This document shows, piece by piece, positions 61,591 through 64,000 of a stretch of DNA of 64,000 bases (position 1 is the stretch's first letter; every line of letters begins with the position of its first letter). The notes beneath the pieces were generated by a model. It was not told the origin of the DNA, searched no databases, and worked only from the letters and a program-made list of their open reading frames with translations. Source of the stretch: the human T2T-CHM13v2.0 reference genome, Homo sapiens; the NCBI RefSeq assembly GCF_009914755.1, contig NC_060941.1; one strand, written 5' to 3'. Position numbers and translations under genes: made by a program.

Positions 61591-61956
61591 GTTACATTTG
61601 TCCATATTCACACTGCTATAAAGAAATACCTGAGACTGGGTAATTTATAAAGAAAAGAGGTTTAATTGACTCATAGTTCCACATGGCTGGGGAAGCCTCA
61701 GGAAACTTACAATCATGGCGGAAGGGAAAAGGCATGTCTTACATGGTGGCAGGTGAGAGAGAGTGTGTAGGAAGTGAAGGGGGAAGAGCATCTTATAAAA
61801 CCGTCAGATCTCCTGAGAACTCACTCACTATCACCAGAACAGCATGGGGGAACCACCCTCATGATCCAGTCACCTCCCAGCAGCTCTCTCCCTCAACACC
61901 TGGAAATTACAATTCAAGATGAGACTTGGGTGGGGACACAAAGCCTGACCATATCA
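61591..61956 (-). mobile_element. MaLR LTR (THE1/MSTA-like)
   Basis: CTGCTATAAAGAAATACCTGAGACTGGGTAATTTATAAAGAAAAGAGGTTTAATTGACTCA..GGGTGGGGACACA..CCATATCA. Confidence 0.88.
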
Positions 61957-62179
61957 GAGGTTGATCTTGCAGCATTTTATTCTCTGAATGTCACATGGGG
62001 AAACGGAGGTCAAGAAGGTGGAAAAGACTTGCCTAAGGCCACACAGCATGAGTGAGTGTGCCTAAGGCCACACAGCATTGGGCCAAGAGCCTGGGACTTG
62101 GTAAGCCCCTCCTGAGCCCTCCTCCTGAGCCAGGCCCTGTCTCAGGTTCTAGCACATGCAACTGCAACCAGCAGGGTAT

Positions 62180-62752
62180 GTGTCATAGTCTTAAAATATG
62201 GCCACAAATTCTTTGATGATCTTCCCATTGAGCTGTGGGGTCTATTTCTCTCTTTTCTTTGAATATTCGCAGGGTTATGACTGCTTCAATTAATTGAGTA
62301 CAGAGAGGTGATGCTGTATGACTTCCAAGCCTAAGTCATCTCAGGCCATCAGCTTCTGCCTTTGTTAATGGAACACTTGCCTTTGGAGTCCTGAGCCTCC
62401 AGGTAAAAAGTTCAACTATCCCAAGGCTACCATGCTGTGAGGAAGCCCAAACTACACAGAGGGGCCATGTGAAGGCACTCTGGTTGACAGTCCCCACTGA
62501 GATGTCTCAGTCCAGGCACCAGGCATGTGAGGGAAGAAGCCCCCAGGTGATTTCAGCCCTCAGCCTTTCCAGCCACCTCTAGCCATTTGAGTCTTCACAA
62601 CCCTGGCCCTAGACATTGGAGAGCAGAGACAGGCCACCCTGTTGGGCCCTGGCCAAATTCTTAAACCTCTGAATCTGTGAGCCTAATAAAATGGTTGTTG
62701 TTTTATGTCACCAACTTTGGGGTGGCTTGTTACACAGCCACAGATAGCTGTG
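62180..62752 (+). mobile_element. MLT1-family LTR
   Basis: ATGGCCACAAATTCTTTGA..CATGCTGTGAGGAAGCCCAA..TTGGGGTGGCTTGTTACACAGC. Confidence 0.75.
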
Positions 62753-63789
62753 CCATCTTAACCTGCTGGATTGGTACCCCTTAAGTCTCTGATATCCATG
62801 CTTCTGCCCGGCCACTAATGAAGCCACATCTGTTCCCACCAGAAGACCACTGAGAAGGCCAGTGAGTGTGTGGTGGGGACCCTTGTTTGAAGGAAGTTGG
62901 GTGAAGGAAGTTGCTGACATGCATGACTGCTAACAAAAGAATATACATCTGCGGAGGTTGTTCTGGAAGTATCTTAGGGAAGTAAAGGAAAGGAATTAAG
63001 ACTCATCGACAACAGACTCCATTCCTTGCCCTGCCCATCCTTATTCATTTATTCAACAAGGGGTCTATGAGCAACTACGAGGTGCCAGGCCCTGTGTTAA
63101 GATTCTGGGACATGGACACAGGCCTGGCCCTAGTGGTTCTCCTAGTCCAGCTAGAGACAAACATTAAACGATGATTAATATACATACTTTGAATGAAAAA
63201 CTTAGGGTGTTCTGAGAGTGCGTGGAGACCTATTTAATCCTCATAATATCCTTCTGAGGTAGGCACCATCCTTTCTATTTTGCAGGGGAATACTAAGGCT
63301 CAGAGGGGTTAAGAGACCTTCCCAAGGTCACCCAGCAGGGGAGACACCAGATTGCAAAGAAGCAGCCCCCACCCACCTAGTGAGGCCAGGAAAGCAGAGG
63401 CATAAATGTCCAGCTGAGCATGAGACTCCTTGGGCCAACAGGAGCACGGTGGGGTCAGCACCCTCAGACAGGCAACCTCTGAGGGAGCAGCATTAACCCC
63501 TGGGAAGCCAGGGTAGCTTGTTAATCCAGCAAACCTGCACTTCTCAAGAAAAAATGGCCCTCTGTTGGGAAGGAATGATTGAGCTCTAATCATCTAGCAG
63601 TCCCTGGGCAGCCACACTCACCATCTCTATAATGAGGGCAGAAATAGAAGGCAAGAGGTATGGTAACCATCCAGAGGCAGTGACTGGGACTCCTAAACCC
63701 CTCCTTGATTCTGAGTCCCCAGGGGCCAGTGGAGGGGCATTGGGAGGTGAGACAAGACATGCAGACAACCCGCCTCCAAGAGATGTCAT

Positions 63790-64000
63790 AGAGAAGTGGG
63801 CTTCAGACCTTGGGGTGTGGAAGCACCTGGAGAATAGGTGAAAACGCTGATGCTTGGCCCCACCCTGAGGGATTTGGGTTCATTTGGTCTGGGGCGAAGC
63901 CCGGGCATCTGTGGGTTTTTTTTTTTTTTTTTTTTTTGAGACAGTCTTGCTTTGTTGCCCAGGCTGGAGTGCATTGGCATGATCTGAGCTCACTGCAACT
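63790..64000. mobile_element. MER5A fragment followed by an Alu (minus strand, from 63915) cut by the window end
   Basis: GGCCCCACCC..GGTCTGGGGCGAAGCCCGGGCATCTG, then poly-T and Alu. Confidence 0.75.

Overview
Human (primate) Alu-rich, non-coding genomic DNA with no intact protein-coding gene. The only protein-homologous segment is a minus-strand processed pseudogene of the short isoform of NSD3/WHSC1L1 (about 54081-57595), recognised as WHSC1L2P. From recall, not from a search, that places the window in the MEOX1-SOST intergenic interval on chr17q21.31. Consistent with this, a perfect MEF2 site (CTATTTATAG, 33216-33225) lies in unique sequence where the SOST osteocyte enhancer ECR5 is expected. 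Two same-orientation Alus sharing a 16-bp identical block 51,945 bp apart (5870 and 57815) fit the ~52-kb Van Buchem disease deletion. The rest is about 40 Alus (several nested or serially inserted at one target site), MIR/L2/L1 fragments, MaLR/ERVL LTRs, MER DNA transposons and microsatellites. There are also two CpG islands, a strong CTCF site and several homeodomain/E-box/RUNX-rich unique blocks that look like enhancers. The most novel-looking observation is that the NSD3 retrocopy seems to carry its parent's CpG-island promoter elements in front of a Kozak-intact 121-aa N-terminal ORF. Apart from the NSD3-homologous fragments, the ORFs in the supplied track look spurious (Alu, simple repeat or chance). 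Repeat boundaries and subfamilies are by eye and approximate.
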